From assembly GCA_043803685.1 (NCBI GenBank), contig JAZDJU010000054.1, positions 1 through 32,965 of the forward strand: 32,965 nucleotides of DNA, given 5' to 3'. Positions 10,098 through 19,079 of this stretch are shown piece by piece. The translations under genes and the position numbers were made by a program. A model generated the notes under the pieces. That model worked only from the letters and a program-made list of their open reading frames with translations. It did no database searches and was not told where the DNA came from. This stretch comes from Candidatus Omnitrophota bacterium. GTDB taxonomy: Bacteria > Omnitrophota > Omnitrophia > Omnitrophales > Aquincolibacteriaceae. How positions within the stretch are numbered: position 1 is the stretch's first letter; the number at the start of each line of letters is the position of its first letter.

Positions 10098-13000
10098 TCA
10101 GACGCTGAAATATTTGGCCTGAGGATGATGGACGATGATGGCCGAGGTGGATTGCTCCGGCGCCATCTGAAAGGTCTCACTCAAAGTGATCCCGATCTTC
10201 TCCGCCGGAAGAAGCTGAAAAAGTTTTGTTTGATCCTCCAGGTTTGGACACGCCGGATACCCAAAACTGTAACGCGACCCCTGATACCCCTGCCGGAAGA
10301 TCTCTTCTTTCTTGCGTTTCTCCTGCTTGTCGATCCCAAGATCACGACGGATCAGAAGATGGACATATTCCGCCAAAGCCTCCGCCACCTCCACGGAAAG
10401 CCCGTGAAGATAATGGTATTCCGCGTATTTGTTCGCCTTAAAGAGCTTCTGTTCTGCTTCACTCGCGCGCTTGCCCACGGTCACCGCGTGAAAAGCCACC
10501 ACATCCAAGGCGTCCCCTTGGGGTCTAAAAAAGTCCGCGATACACTGAAAAGGTTCCCGGGACTGCCGGGGAAACGAGAAACGCGTCAGTTCATTCTGCG
10601 CGGAGCCGTCCAGCACCACCAGATCGTTGCCCTCGGAATAACATTTGTAATAACCATAAATGACCTTCGGTTCAAAAATCTTCTCGCGAATGATCTGAGC
10701 CTTGAACTGTTCAAAGATCGGCTCGACATTCTCCTGAAGATAAAGCTCAAATTCACGCGGGGTCCGGTCCCCTTGTTTGAACTGCCACTGGGCCCGGTAG
10801 AGCGCGATCTTATTGACCCACGGGAACACATCCTGCAGCCGTAGAGCTTTAAGGATCCGGTAGCCCAGAAACGGCGGCGTGGGGATGAGATTGTCCCGAT
10901 GAATGTGATACAAAGGTTTCTTGATGGCTTCCACAGCGTGGGAACTCGGCACCGCAACTTTAGGCGTAGGAGGAGGCAAAGTTGGAATAACGGGAGCAGG
11001 AACGGGGACTGCGGCCTTAACCTCTTCTTTTTCAGGCACACCTCTTCGAAGGCTTTCCATGATCCTGAGCCCCGAAAAAGCGTCACGCCCGTAATGGACC
11101 GGCCCTTCGTAAGCCTGAGCAAGATCTCGCTCCACATAGCGTTCCGTAAGCGCCGCGCCGCCGCAGATCACAGGGATCTTCATGCCGCGCCGCTTCATTT
11201 CCTCTAGGTCTTCTTTCATGATAAGCGTCGATTTCACCAAAAGACCCGAAAGGCCTATCGCGTCAGCCTGATGTTCGATCGCTGCTTTCACGATCGCTTC
11301 CACCGGCTGCTTGATCCCGATATTGAATACCTTATAACCATTATTGGAAAGAATGATATCCACGAGGTTCTTTCCGATATCGTGGACATCCCCCTTGACG
11401 GTCGCAAGCACGATCCTGCCACGCTCCTGGCCATCACTTTTCTCCATGAAGGGCTGGAGATACGCCACCGCCTTTTTCATGACCTCCGCGGACTGAAGCA
11501 CGAACGGAAGCTGCATCTTTCCGGCTCCGAAAAGCTCCCCCACCACTTTCATGCCACCCAAAAGGAACTCATTGACGATCTCAAGCGGTTTGTATTTCTT
11601 AAGAGCCTCATCCAGATCCGCCGCAAGTCCTTCGGAACTCCCGTCCAAGATACGGTTTTTCAGGATCTCTTCGATCGTTCCGGCCCTAGCCCTGGGGGCT
11701 TCGATTACGCCCTGTTTTTTCGAAAAATGAGCGATGTATTCCTGCAGAGGATCCTTCCCGTCGATCCACTTATTATGCAGGAGCCGTGTCGCGGCCTCGA
11801 GATCGTCCGCCGGGATCTTGAAAAGAGGCACGATCTTTTTGGCGTGAATGATCGCGGCATCCAACCCGGCCTCCAGACACTCGTGAAGAAAAACACTATT
11901 CAGCACTTGGCGGGCGTTCGGCGCAAGTCCGAATGAGATATTGCTCACTCCGAGGATCGTCCGCACCTCCGGCAAGTCTTTTTTAAGGCGCCGTATGGCC
12001 CCGATCGTCTCCGGCGCCGCATTACGGAACTCTTCACTACCACTCCCGATCGTGAACGTCAGGAGATCAAAAAAAAGATCTTCCGGACGAATGCCATATT
12101 GCTGGGTTACGATCTGATAGATTCGCTTGGCCACGCGGAGCTTATCCTCGCGCGTCTTCGCCATGCCTTTTTCGTCGATCGTCAGGACCACGAGCGCCGC
12201 CCCATATTTCTTCGCCAGAGGACAGATCTTGCGGAGTCGCTCGCCGCCATCTTCCAGATTGATCGAATTGATCACGGGTTTCCCCGCGACATGTTTCAGC
12301 GCCTCTTCGATCACCGCAAATTCCGTCGAGTCGATCATGACGGGCACGGTCACGTGCTGATTGAAGCGACTGATCACCTCGGCCATGTCCTTTTTCTCGT
12401 CGCGACCGACATAAGCCACACAAAGATCGACGAGATGCGCCCCTTCCTTCACGGCCTCACGCGCCACGCCCACGATCGCGTCGTAATCCTCGCGCTCAAG
12501 AAGCTGTTTGAACCTTTTACTGCCGTTCGCGTTCGTCTGCTCGCCCACCAAAAGCGGCGCGGGCTTCTGCGTGTAGGTGGAAACCCCGTAAAGGCTCGCG
12601 CAGGCGGGTTCACGCTTCGGCGTCCTTTTCTTGGGAACGCATTTCCCCACGCGTTCCACAACGGCTTTCAAATGCTCGGGCGTCGTGCCGCAACAACCGC
12701 CGACGATCGAAACGCCGAATTCTTTGACAAAGCGTTCATGGAAATCCGCGAATTCCTTCGGGGACAGATGATAATGCGCGACTCCCCCGACATTCTCCGG
12801 AAGCCCCGCGTTCGGCAATACAGAAATATGCTTCACCGAACTTTCGCAAAGAGCCCGGACATGCTCCGCCATCTCCACGGGACCCGTCGCGCAGTTCATA
12901 CCGATGACATCCACAGGGAACATTTCCAGGGTCGCGATCACTGCCTGGATATCAGTCCCAAGAAGCATGGTGCCCGTGGGTTCCAGGGTCACCTGCGCCA

Positions 13001-13559
13001 TGAGCGGCAGGCGGCGCCCCGTTTCCTTGAAGTACTCCACGGCGGCGATAATGGCGATCTTGGTTTGAAGCAGATCTTGGCAGGTCTCGATAAGCAGTCC
13101 GTCCACCCCGCCCGCGATGAGACCTTTGTATTGTTCCTTGTAGGATTCCTTGAGTTCTTCAAAACCGATATGCCCAAGCGACGGAAGCTTGGTCCCGGGG
13201 CCGACAGACCCCATCACAAATCGAGGATGTTCCGGCGTGGAATATTTCTGGGCAAGAGCCTTGGCAAGACGCGCTGCCTTTTCATTCAACTCGATCACGC
13301 GATCTTGGAGGCCATACTCGGCGAGCACAATACGATTCGAGCCGAACGTATTGGTCTCGATCACGTCACAGCCGGCCTTGAGAAAGCTCTCGTGAACCCC
13401 TTCGATCACTCCGGGTTTGGTGACAACCAGATATTCATTACAGCCGTCCTTGCCTCCGAAATCCTGGGAAGTGAGATTGAGAGACTGAAGATTAGTTCCA
13501 AGCGCCCCGTCGAATACGAGGACCTTCTCATTAAGCCGTTTCAAGAATGGATGGGTCAT
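10098..13559 (-). CDS. metH: Cobalamin-dependent methionine synthase
   Basis: DGALGT, ETNTF, GGCCGT (Hcy domain); pterin domain; GDVHDIGKNLV and GLSGLL (B12 binding); RYSFGYPACP (activation domain). Confidence 0.97.
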   Translation of the reverse strand: MTHPFLKRLNEKVLVFDGALGTNLQSLNLTSQDFGGKDGCNEYLVVTKPGVIEGVHESFLKAGCDVIETNTFGSNRIVLAEYGLQDRVIELNEKAARLAKALAQKYSTPEHPRFVMGSVGPGTKLPSLGHIGFEELKESYKEQYKGLIAGGVDGLLIETCQDLLQTKIAIIAAVEYFKETGRRLPLMAQVTLEPTGTMLLGTDIQAVIATLEMFPVDVIGMNCATGPVEMAEHVRALCESSVKHISVLPNAGLPENVGGVAHYHLSPKEFADFHERFVKEFGVSIVGGCCGTTPEHLKAVVERVGKCVPKKRTPKREPACASLYGVSTYTQKPAPLLVGEQTNANGSKRFKQLLEREDYDAIVGVAREAVKEGAHLVDLCVAYVGRDEKKDMAEVISRFNQHVTVPVMIDSTEFAVIEEALKHVAGKPVINSINLEDGGERLRKICPLAKKYGAALVVLTIDEKGMAKTREDKLRVAKRIYQIVTQQYGIRPEDLFFDLLTFTIGSGSEEFRNAAPETIGAIRRLKKDLPEVRTILGVSNISFGLAPNARQVLNSVFLHECLEAGLDAAIIHAKKIVPLFKIPADDLEAATRLLHNKWIDGKDPLQEYIAHFSKKQGVIEAPRARAGTIEEILKNRILDGSSEGLAADLDEALKKYKPLEIVNEFLLGGMKVVGELFGAGKMQLPFVLQSAEVMKKAVAYLQPFMEKSDGQERGRIVLATVKGDVHDIGKNLVDIILSNNGYKVFNIGIKQPVEAIVKAAIEHQADAIGLSGLLVKSTLIMKEDLEEMKRRGMKIPVICGGAALTERYVERDLAQAYEGPVHYGRDAFSGLRIMESLRRGVPEKEEVKAAVPVPAPVIPTLPPPTPKVAVPSSHAVEAIKKPLYHIHRDNLIPTPPFLGYRILKALRLQDVFPWVNKIALYRAQWQFKQGDRTPREFELYLQENVEPIFEQFKAQIIREKIFEPKVIYGYYKCYSEGNDLVVLDGSAQNELTRFSFPRQSREPFQCIADFFRPQGDALDVVAFHAVTVGKRASEAEQKLFKANKYAEYHYLHGLSVEVAEALAEYVHLLIRRDLGIDKQEKRKKEEIFRQGYQGSRYSFGYPACPNLEDQTKLFQLLPAEKIGITLSETFQMAPEQSTSAIIVHHPQAKYFSV

Positions 13560-13613
13560 AGGGCAGGTATTTTATCACAACTTCAGGAAATAAAACGAGT
13601 TTCGTCTTTATTT

Positions 13614-14022
13614 GGGTACACGTCCGCACAAAACAGGGAGAGGGAAAGCGTATGCCGGACGACGCTCGCGAGGCGGAGCGGGCATGGTGGTCGGGAGACT
13701 TCGCCTTCGCCATCGGCGGTTCGTCGGCTCCTGTCCCAATACTTATCAATTTCCACGCTGTGGAAATTGGGGCTGCCCTGATTAGTCCTTCATTTTCTAT
13801 CTGGGAATCAGGGCTGCGGCCAACGCCCGCCTGCGCCCTCACGCTTCGACCCGCCTCCGGTGGGACCGAGCTCGAAGCGCTCCGGGAGCTGGCTCCGGCA
13901 AAGTCTCCCGACCGAGCGAAGCCGAGCGCGCGAGTGCGTCACGTCACGCCGGGGCGGGACGCACGATCGAAAGGCATACGGTTTCCCTCTCCAGCCTTCC
14001 CCGCAGTTGCGGATGTGCACCC
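13614..14022. mobile_element. MITE-like non-autonomous element / large nested inverted repeat
   Basis: Terminal IRs GGGTACACGTCCGCA / TGCGGATGTGCACCC (13/15), further nested IRs, and flanking 9-bp near-direct repeats TCTTTATTT (13605-13613) and GCTTTATTT (14023-14031). No transposase. Confidence 0.6.
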
Positions 14023-14051
14023 GCTTTATTTCAGCGCAAGGAGAACGAACT

Positions 14052-15512
14052 TTAAGCTTTCGGGTGGGACAAAAAATAATCGTGAACAGATTCGGCGGTT
14101 TTCCGGTCGATCCCGTGGATATTCCGGAGCTTTTCCGTATCGGCGGAACGGATCTCATCCACGGAATTGAAGTGCCGGAGAAGGATACGTTTGCGTTTCT
14201 CTCCCATACCCGGGATATCGTCCAGAATAGAACGTTGCAAAACTTTCGACTTGAGCTTCCGGTGATAAGTGATCGCAAACCGGTGCGCTTCATCCCGTAT
14301 CTTTTTCAGAAGATAAAGTGCCGGAGAGTCCGTAGCGAAAACGAGCGGTGCCCGGGACCTTGCTGAGTGGATCCACTCGAATTGCTTGGCAATGGAAATA
14401 AGCTCGATCGTCGTCATTCCCTCGCGGGCGAGCACTCGGGTCGCGGTATGGAGGTGTCCTTTCCCGCCATCGATCACAATAAGGTCCGGCACAAATTCTT
14501 CCCGTCCTTCTTTGATCCCGCGAAGCATCCGCGTCAGGGCCTCTGCGATCATCGCGTAGTCGTTTATCCCGGAAACACCCCGGATCTTGTATCGCCGGTA
14601 CCCGGCTTTGTCCGGAAGTTCCCTGTAAAAACTCACCTTCGACGCCACAGACTGGTCGCCCTGCACATTCGAGACGTCGAAACAAACGATGCGTTCAGGG
14701 ACCTTTTCAAGATTAAGGAGATGCCTCAACTCGATCGTTGCTGAAAGCGAGATGCCTTGCCCCGGATTCTTAGGGAAAAACCTTTTCTTCCGAAGCTTTG
14801 AAAGGGCGTCGATCTGATCCTTGAAGAACTGGGCGTCCTCAAACCGGAGTTCCCGGCTCGCCTTCTCCATCCGCTCACTGAGATATTGGGCAAAGCTTTT
14901 TTTGCCTCCCCCGAGAAAGCGTTTCACCTCGGCGATCCACCGATCGTATTCGGGTTTTACTTCCGGCTTGATGCAAGGAGCCATGCATTGCCCAATGTGA
15001 TGGTAGAGACACGCCGTCTTCGGAAGCAACTGACACTTCCGGATGGGGAAAAGATCGTTGATCAGATCCACCGCCTGATGCAAAAGTTTTGAATCCGTGT
15101 AGGGACCGTAATAAGTTGCTCGTTTGTCAGTCTTCTGCCGGGTCACACAAAGCCTCGGGAATTTTTCGTGCGTGATCTTAAGCAGAGGAAAACTTTTGTC
15201 ATCCTTAAGATCTTGATTGTAACGGGGCTGATGTTTGCGGATGAGTTGCGCCTCGAGAAGCAAGGCATCCACTTCGGTCGGCGTATCAATGTGGTCGATC
15301 GACCGGACCTTCCTCATCAGGATCGAGATCTTGGGGATCGGCACGGGAACCCGGAAATAGGAAAGCACTCTCTTGCGAAGCGCCTTTGCTTTGCCAATAT
15401 ACAGTATCTTGCCGGCCGCATCACGCATCAGATAAACGCCAGCCGTAAGCGGTAATTTTCCGGCGCTTGAACGCAGATCCCTGAATGATCCGTGTGTTTC
15501 CATAAGGCTCAT
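14052..15512 (-). CDS. uvrC: Excinuclease ABC subunit C
   Basis: GIY-YIG N-terminus (GVYLM..YIGKA..LRKRV), UVR helix, CFDVSN, PDLIVIDGGKG, RDEAHRFA, C-terminal HhH. Start probably 15512 or 15503. Confidence 0.95.
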   Translation of the reverse strand: MSLMETHGSFRDLRSSAGKLPLTAGVYLMRDAAGKILYIGKAKALRKRVLSYFRVPVPIPKISILMRKVRSIDHIDTPTEVDALLLEAQLIRKHQPRYNQDLKDDKSFPLLKITHEKFPRLCVTRQKTDKRATYYGPYTDSKLLHQAVDLINDLFPIRKCQLLPKTACLYHHIGQCMAPCIKPEVKPEYDRWIAEVKRFLGGGKKSFAQYLSERMEKASRELRFEDAQFFKDQIDALSKLRKKRFFPKNPGQGISLSATIELRHLLNLEKVPERIVCFDVSNVQGDQSVASKVSFYRELPDKAGYRRYKIRGVSGINDYAMIAEALTRMLRGIKEGREEFVPDLIVIDGGKGHLHTATRVLAREGMTTIELISIAKQFEWIHSARSRAPLVFATDSPALYLLKKIRDEAHRFAITYHRKLKSKVLQRSILDDIPGMGEKRKRILLRHFNSVDEIRSADTEKLRNIHGIDRKTAESVHDYFLSHPKA

Positions 15513-15546
15513 GATGTTTCGCTTACGCCTCACACGCGGCACAATC

Positions 15547-17232
15547 TTAGGAGGCTCCATCCAGAAAGCTTTCTGCATCGACCGGACTAGCGCTGGGTTT
15601 CTTTCTTTTCAGGAACCACGCCCAAGCCTCCTTGGCCTCCGGAACACGACAAACAAAACACAGACCCAGGTAGGAAACGGTCGCGACAAGGATACTTCCA
15701 AAAACCTGAAAAAGTTGGGCCCGCGTCTCAAGTCCCGGCACCCAACACCTGAACACTTGAAGGCTGTAGTGACCGATCACCCCCATCGCAAGGGACGCAA
15801 GCAAAATGCGAAAAAAAGAGGCCCGGACCTCACGGAACGGGAACGGCCCCACCTTTTTGGGATAAAAATAGACCAGCTGACCAAACTGGAGAATCCCGGA
15901 AAGCGATGTCCCCAGCGCAAGGCCGGCTTCTTTGAACGGGATCATGAGGAGCACACTGAAAACAATGTTCGAGAGGAGTGAAATGACCGAAGTCATCATC
16001 GGCGTTCGGGAGTCATGTGCCGCATAGTAGCCGCTATTCATGATCTTCTGACCCGCGAACGCAAAAAGTCCAACAGTATAACCCATAAGCACTGCCGAGC
16101 TCCGCGCGGTCGAAACGGCATCAAAGGCTCCGCGCTCGAATAGCATCCGGATGATCGGTTCACGAAGCACGATCAATCCGACCGAGGAAGGCAAAATAAT
16201 AAAAAAAATGCTGCGGAGCGCGAACGAAAGCGTTTTCTGTGACGCCTCATTTTGTCCTTGCGCGATCTGCTGGGCAAGCATCGGAAGCAACGCCGTCCCC
16301 AGGGCTAGCGCAAAGATCCCTAGCGGAAATTGCATGAGCCGGTTCCCGTACCAGAGACTGGAATTCGCCCCCGGCCCGATCGCCAGGCCGAGCGTCATGT
16401 CAACCGTGATGTTGATCTGGACCACCGCAAAACTCAAGACCACCGGCAGTAAAAGCCGCCAGGTCTTCCTAAGACCTTCGTAACCCATATCCCAGATCCA
16501 CCGGAACTTGAAACCGATCTTTCGAAGCGGCGGCAGTTCCACCGCCACATGCAAGAGCCCTCCCAAGAGAATGAAATACGAGAGCCAGCTGATCCTTGAC
16601 AGGTAGTCGTGTCCGATCCAGGAGGGGACCCAAAGCACCGCGACGATCCACACGAGATCAAGGATCGCGGGACCCATAGCCGGCGCGAGAAAATGCCGGT
16701 GGCTGTTCAGGATCCCCATCCCGAGCGCGTAGAGCGACAAGAACCACAGATAAGGAAAAAGAATACGGGAAAGCTGCAAGGTCAGCATGACGGTGTCGGA
16801 CTGAAAGCCGATCTTGAGAAGAAAAGTCAAAATGCCTTCTACGCCGAGAATAAAGGCAAAGAGCGCGAGGCTCAGGAAACTCAACGTAATATTGGCAAAG
16901 CGAAACGCCTCGCCGAGCCCCTGTTTTTCCCTGATCTCCGCGTAAACCGGGATAAAGGCGCTCGTGAGTCCGCCTTCCCCCACAATGCGCCGGAAAAGGT
17001 TCGGGAGCATAAAAGCATAGAGAAAAGCGTCATACTGCCAGTTCGTTCCAAAACTCTTAGCGCTCACAATGTCGCGGATCAAACCCAGGATACGCCCGAT
17101 CAAAGTCATGCCCCCCACCACGGCGGCGGCTTTGACAAGATGGTGCTTACCGCCGCTCCGGGGGGGATGCGGATTGACAGAATGAGGTCCTCGTGTTACA
17201 TTGTCGCCACTTTTTTCACCCAAAGGAGTCAT
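15547..17232 (-). CDS. murJ: Lipid II flippase MurJ (MviN)
   Basis: RILGLIRD, LPNLFRRIVGEGGLTSAFIP, RLMQFPLG, LFERGAF. Start uncertain; first plausible ATG is 17232. Confidence 0.93.
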   Translation of the reverse strand: MTPLGEKSGDNVTRGPHSVNPHPPRSGGKHHLVKAAAVVGGMTLIGRILGLIRDIVSAKSFGTNWQYDAFLYAFMLPNLFRRIVGEGGLTSAFIPVYAEIREKQGLGEAFRFANITLSFLSLALFAFILGVEGILTFLLKIGFQSDTVMLTLQLSRILFPYLWFLSLYALGMGILNSHRHFLAPAMGPAILDLVWIVAVLWVPSWIGHDYLSRISWLSYFILLGGLLHVAVELPPLRKIGFKFRWIWDMGYEGLRKTWRLLLPVVLSFAVVQINITVDMTLGLAIGPGANSSLWYGNRLMQFPLGIFALALGTALLPMLAQQIAQGQNEASQKTLSFALRSIFFIILPSSVGLIVLREPIIRMLFERGAFDAVSTARSSAVLMGYTVGLFAFAGQKIMNSGYYAAHDSRTPMMTSVISLLSNIVFSVLLMIPFKEAGLALGTSLSGILQFGQLVYFYPKKVGPFPFREVRASFFRILLASLAMGVIGHYSLQVFRCWVPGLETRAQLFQVFGSILVATVSYLGLCFVCRVPEAKEAWAWFLKRKKPSASPVDAESFLDGAS

Positions 17233-17236
17233 CGAA

Positions 17237-17500
17237 ATGCCCAATATTCGTTCTGCCGCAAAACGTATTCGTAGTGATGCTAAAAAACGCGCGAAGAACC
17301 TGGCTGTTCTTTCCGAGTTGAAATCCCTCAGCAAAAAACTGGCGCAGCTTGCCTCCGATCCTGAAAAGGCCAAAGCCGTGGCTGTTGCCCTGGTCGCCCG
17401 TTATGACCGTGCCGTCACCAAGGGAGTCATCCCCAGTGGACGCGCCGACCGGAGGAAATCCCGCATCGCGCTGTTCCTCGCCAAGCTCAAGAAAAAGTAA
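17237..17500 (+). CDS. rpsT: 30S ribosomal protein S20
   Basis: MPNIRSAAKRIR...DRAVTKGVI...ADRRKSRI; RBS AAGGAG at 17223-17228. Confidence 0.95.
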   Translation: MPNIRSAAKRIRSDAKKRAKNLAVLSELKSLSKKLAQLASDPEKAKAVAVALVARYDRAVTKGVIPSGRADRRKSRIALFLAKLKKK

Positions 17501-17509
17501 GACTTCTAA

Positions 17510-17562
17510 TATTTTTTGTTCAAAGCCGGGTTTTGATGTTCAAAACCCGGCTTTGTCTTTTT
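17510..17562. terminator. Bidirectional intrinsic terminator between rpsT and holA
   Basis: CAAAGCCGGGTTTTGA-TGT-TCAAAACCCGGCTTTG perfect stem followed by TCTTTTT. Confidence 0.85.
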
Positions 17563-17563
17563 A

Positions 17564-18508
17564 TCACGAAGTTGTATATTCCAAAAGCCACGCTTCCAAT
17601 CCTGAAACACCTTCGGTCTGTCCGCTTTTAGATTTTCGATCGATCTGGTAAAGCGCCTCAACCGCCGACTCAAGACGCCCAACGGGAAACCGTCTTAGAG
17701 CGTTCAAGCGATGCGGTGGCATCCGGAGTTTTGAGCTGATCTCTCGCTCGGAAACACCCGTCGCCAGAAGCAAGGCCGCCTGCCACAACTGTCGAAGCTG
17801 CCAGTGCAAGATCCCGATCAGGGAAAAAAGATCCGCTTCGTAAAACTCCATCAGATTTCGAAAGATCCCGAGAGCTTTCGCCGGATCGCGGTCCACCAAA
17901 GCATTGGTAAGCTTAAAAACATCCATCTCGGTCCAGTTCTCTTCAAACTGTCCGACCATGTCCTCGTCGATCTCCCGACGTTCCCCCGCGAACTGGACAA
18001 GCCTCTCGATCATACTGTCGAGAAACATCACCGCATCACCGCACATCGCGATCACACGGGCCTTGGCGCCCGAAGTCATGATCTTGTGATGCTGTGCGAG
18101 TTTTTGCTGGATGAAGGCCGCGCCCGCTCCACGCGCTTCGTCTTTTGCCAAAAGGATCAACTGCCCCTTAGCCTTCACAAGTTTTTGGAGCTCTGAGATA
18201 CCCTTAGCGTCATCCGATTCCAGGATCAGCGTGGTTCCCGGCGTAGGATTCGCAAGAAAGGCTTCTAAAATATTAAGATCAGCTTCTTTCAGCAAGTCTG
18301 CACTCTGAGCGAAGATCACTTGTTGCGAGGAAAAGAATGGGAGAGTTCTTGCGGCGGAGAGTACGATTTCAAGGGACGTTTCGTCGAGATCGAATGTTTG
18401 CCGGGTGAGAGTTCCCCCAGAGCTTTTTTCGATCTCAGAAACCAAGGCCTGGGTCTTTTGGGCCCGGAGGAAGGGATCGCCGGTAATTAGAAAAACGTCG
18501 GTTTTCAA
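17564..18508 (-). CDS. holA: DNA polymerase III delta subunit
   Basis: FLITGD.FL, ARTLPFFS, VFKLTNAL, IDRKSKSG; follows lptE. Start taken as TTG 18508. Confidence 0.85.
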   Translation of the reverse strand: MKTDVFLITGDPFLRAQKTQALVSEIEKSSGGTLTRQTFDLDETSLEIVLSAARTLPFFSSQQVIFAQSADLLKEADLNILEAFLANPTPGTTLILESDDAKGISELQKLVKAKGQLILLAKDEARGAGAAFIQQKLAQHHKIMTSGAKARVIAMCGDAVMFLDSMIERLVQFAGERREIDEDMVGQFEENWTEMDVFKLTNALVDRDPAKALGIFRNLMEFYEADLFSLIGILHWQLRQLWQAALLLATGVSEREISSKLRMPPHRLNALRRFPVGRLESAVEALYQIDRKSKSGQTEGVSGLEAWLLEYTTS

Positions 18509-18530
18509 GGGCGTCGTCCGGGAAAAGGGA

Positions 18531-19055
18531 TCACCAATCTTCGACAATTCGATTGACGACGTTATAGGCGAGATTATTGACAGCATCTCCTGCAGCCTTT
18601 TGCATCCCGATCGATGTCACAGTGGTCACGTAATACTCAGTGCCCCCCGAAAAATTCGATTCTTCCCAGATCGTGTCCCCCGTCTTCGCGTCCACTAGGA
18701 TCAACCGGACCATAATAAAAAGCCGGTATTGACTGACACCCTCCAAGGAATTAAAACGAAGTCCTTCTTGATCCAGGGAGACCAGATCCGTTTTCAGGAT
18801 CACATCAGCATCCTTTTGCGTCGCCACTTTCAAGGTGCCATCCTGCTGGAGCCTGCGGATCACCGCATTCGTAATATCCATCTCCAAGCCCTGTTGGTAG
18901 GCGTAGATATTGTCGGCATTGAGCTTGTTCTTGACCGTTTCGACGTAGATCGTCTTCATGTTCCGCGGGAGCACCGTCTTACGAGTGTACCCGCACCCGC
19001 TGAACGCCATGATCGCCACCAAGCCCCAAACTCCCAAACCCCGCAAATTTGTCAT
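18531..19055 (-). CDS. lptE: LptE-family LPS-assembly lipoprotein
   Basis: Lipobox FSGCGY, then KTIYV..VKN; lies upstream of holA. Confidence 0.75.
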   Translation of the reverse strand: MTNLRGLGVWGLVAIMAFSGCGYTRKTVLPRNMKTIYVETVKNKLNADNIYAYQQGLEMDITNAVIRRLQQDGTLKVATQKDADVILKTDLVSLDQEGLRFNSLEGVSQYRLFIMVRLILVDAKTGDTIWEESNFSGGTEYYVTTVTSIGMQKAAGDAVNNLAYNVVNRIVEDW

Positions 19056-19079
19056 ATCAGGTCCCCGTTGTACCATGAT

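Noticed and set aside
12099..13781. 560-aa plus-strand ORF and other long antisense ORFs over metH, uvrC, murJ and the bamD-like gene
   Set aside because: Shadow frames of well-supported genes in GC-rich DNA; no recognisable motifs.
13560..14050. SAM or cobalamin riboswitch, or SRP/RNase P RNA, upstream of metH
   Set aside because: Could not find the consensus elements by eye, and TIR plus flanking duplication fit an insertion better. An Rfam search is needed to exclude these fully.
13531..14366. ORFs of 103-172 aa crossing the metH-uvrC intergenic element
   Set aside because: R/S/A/P-rich translations of palindromic DNA; no transposase or other motif.
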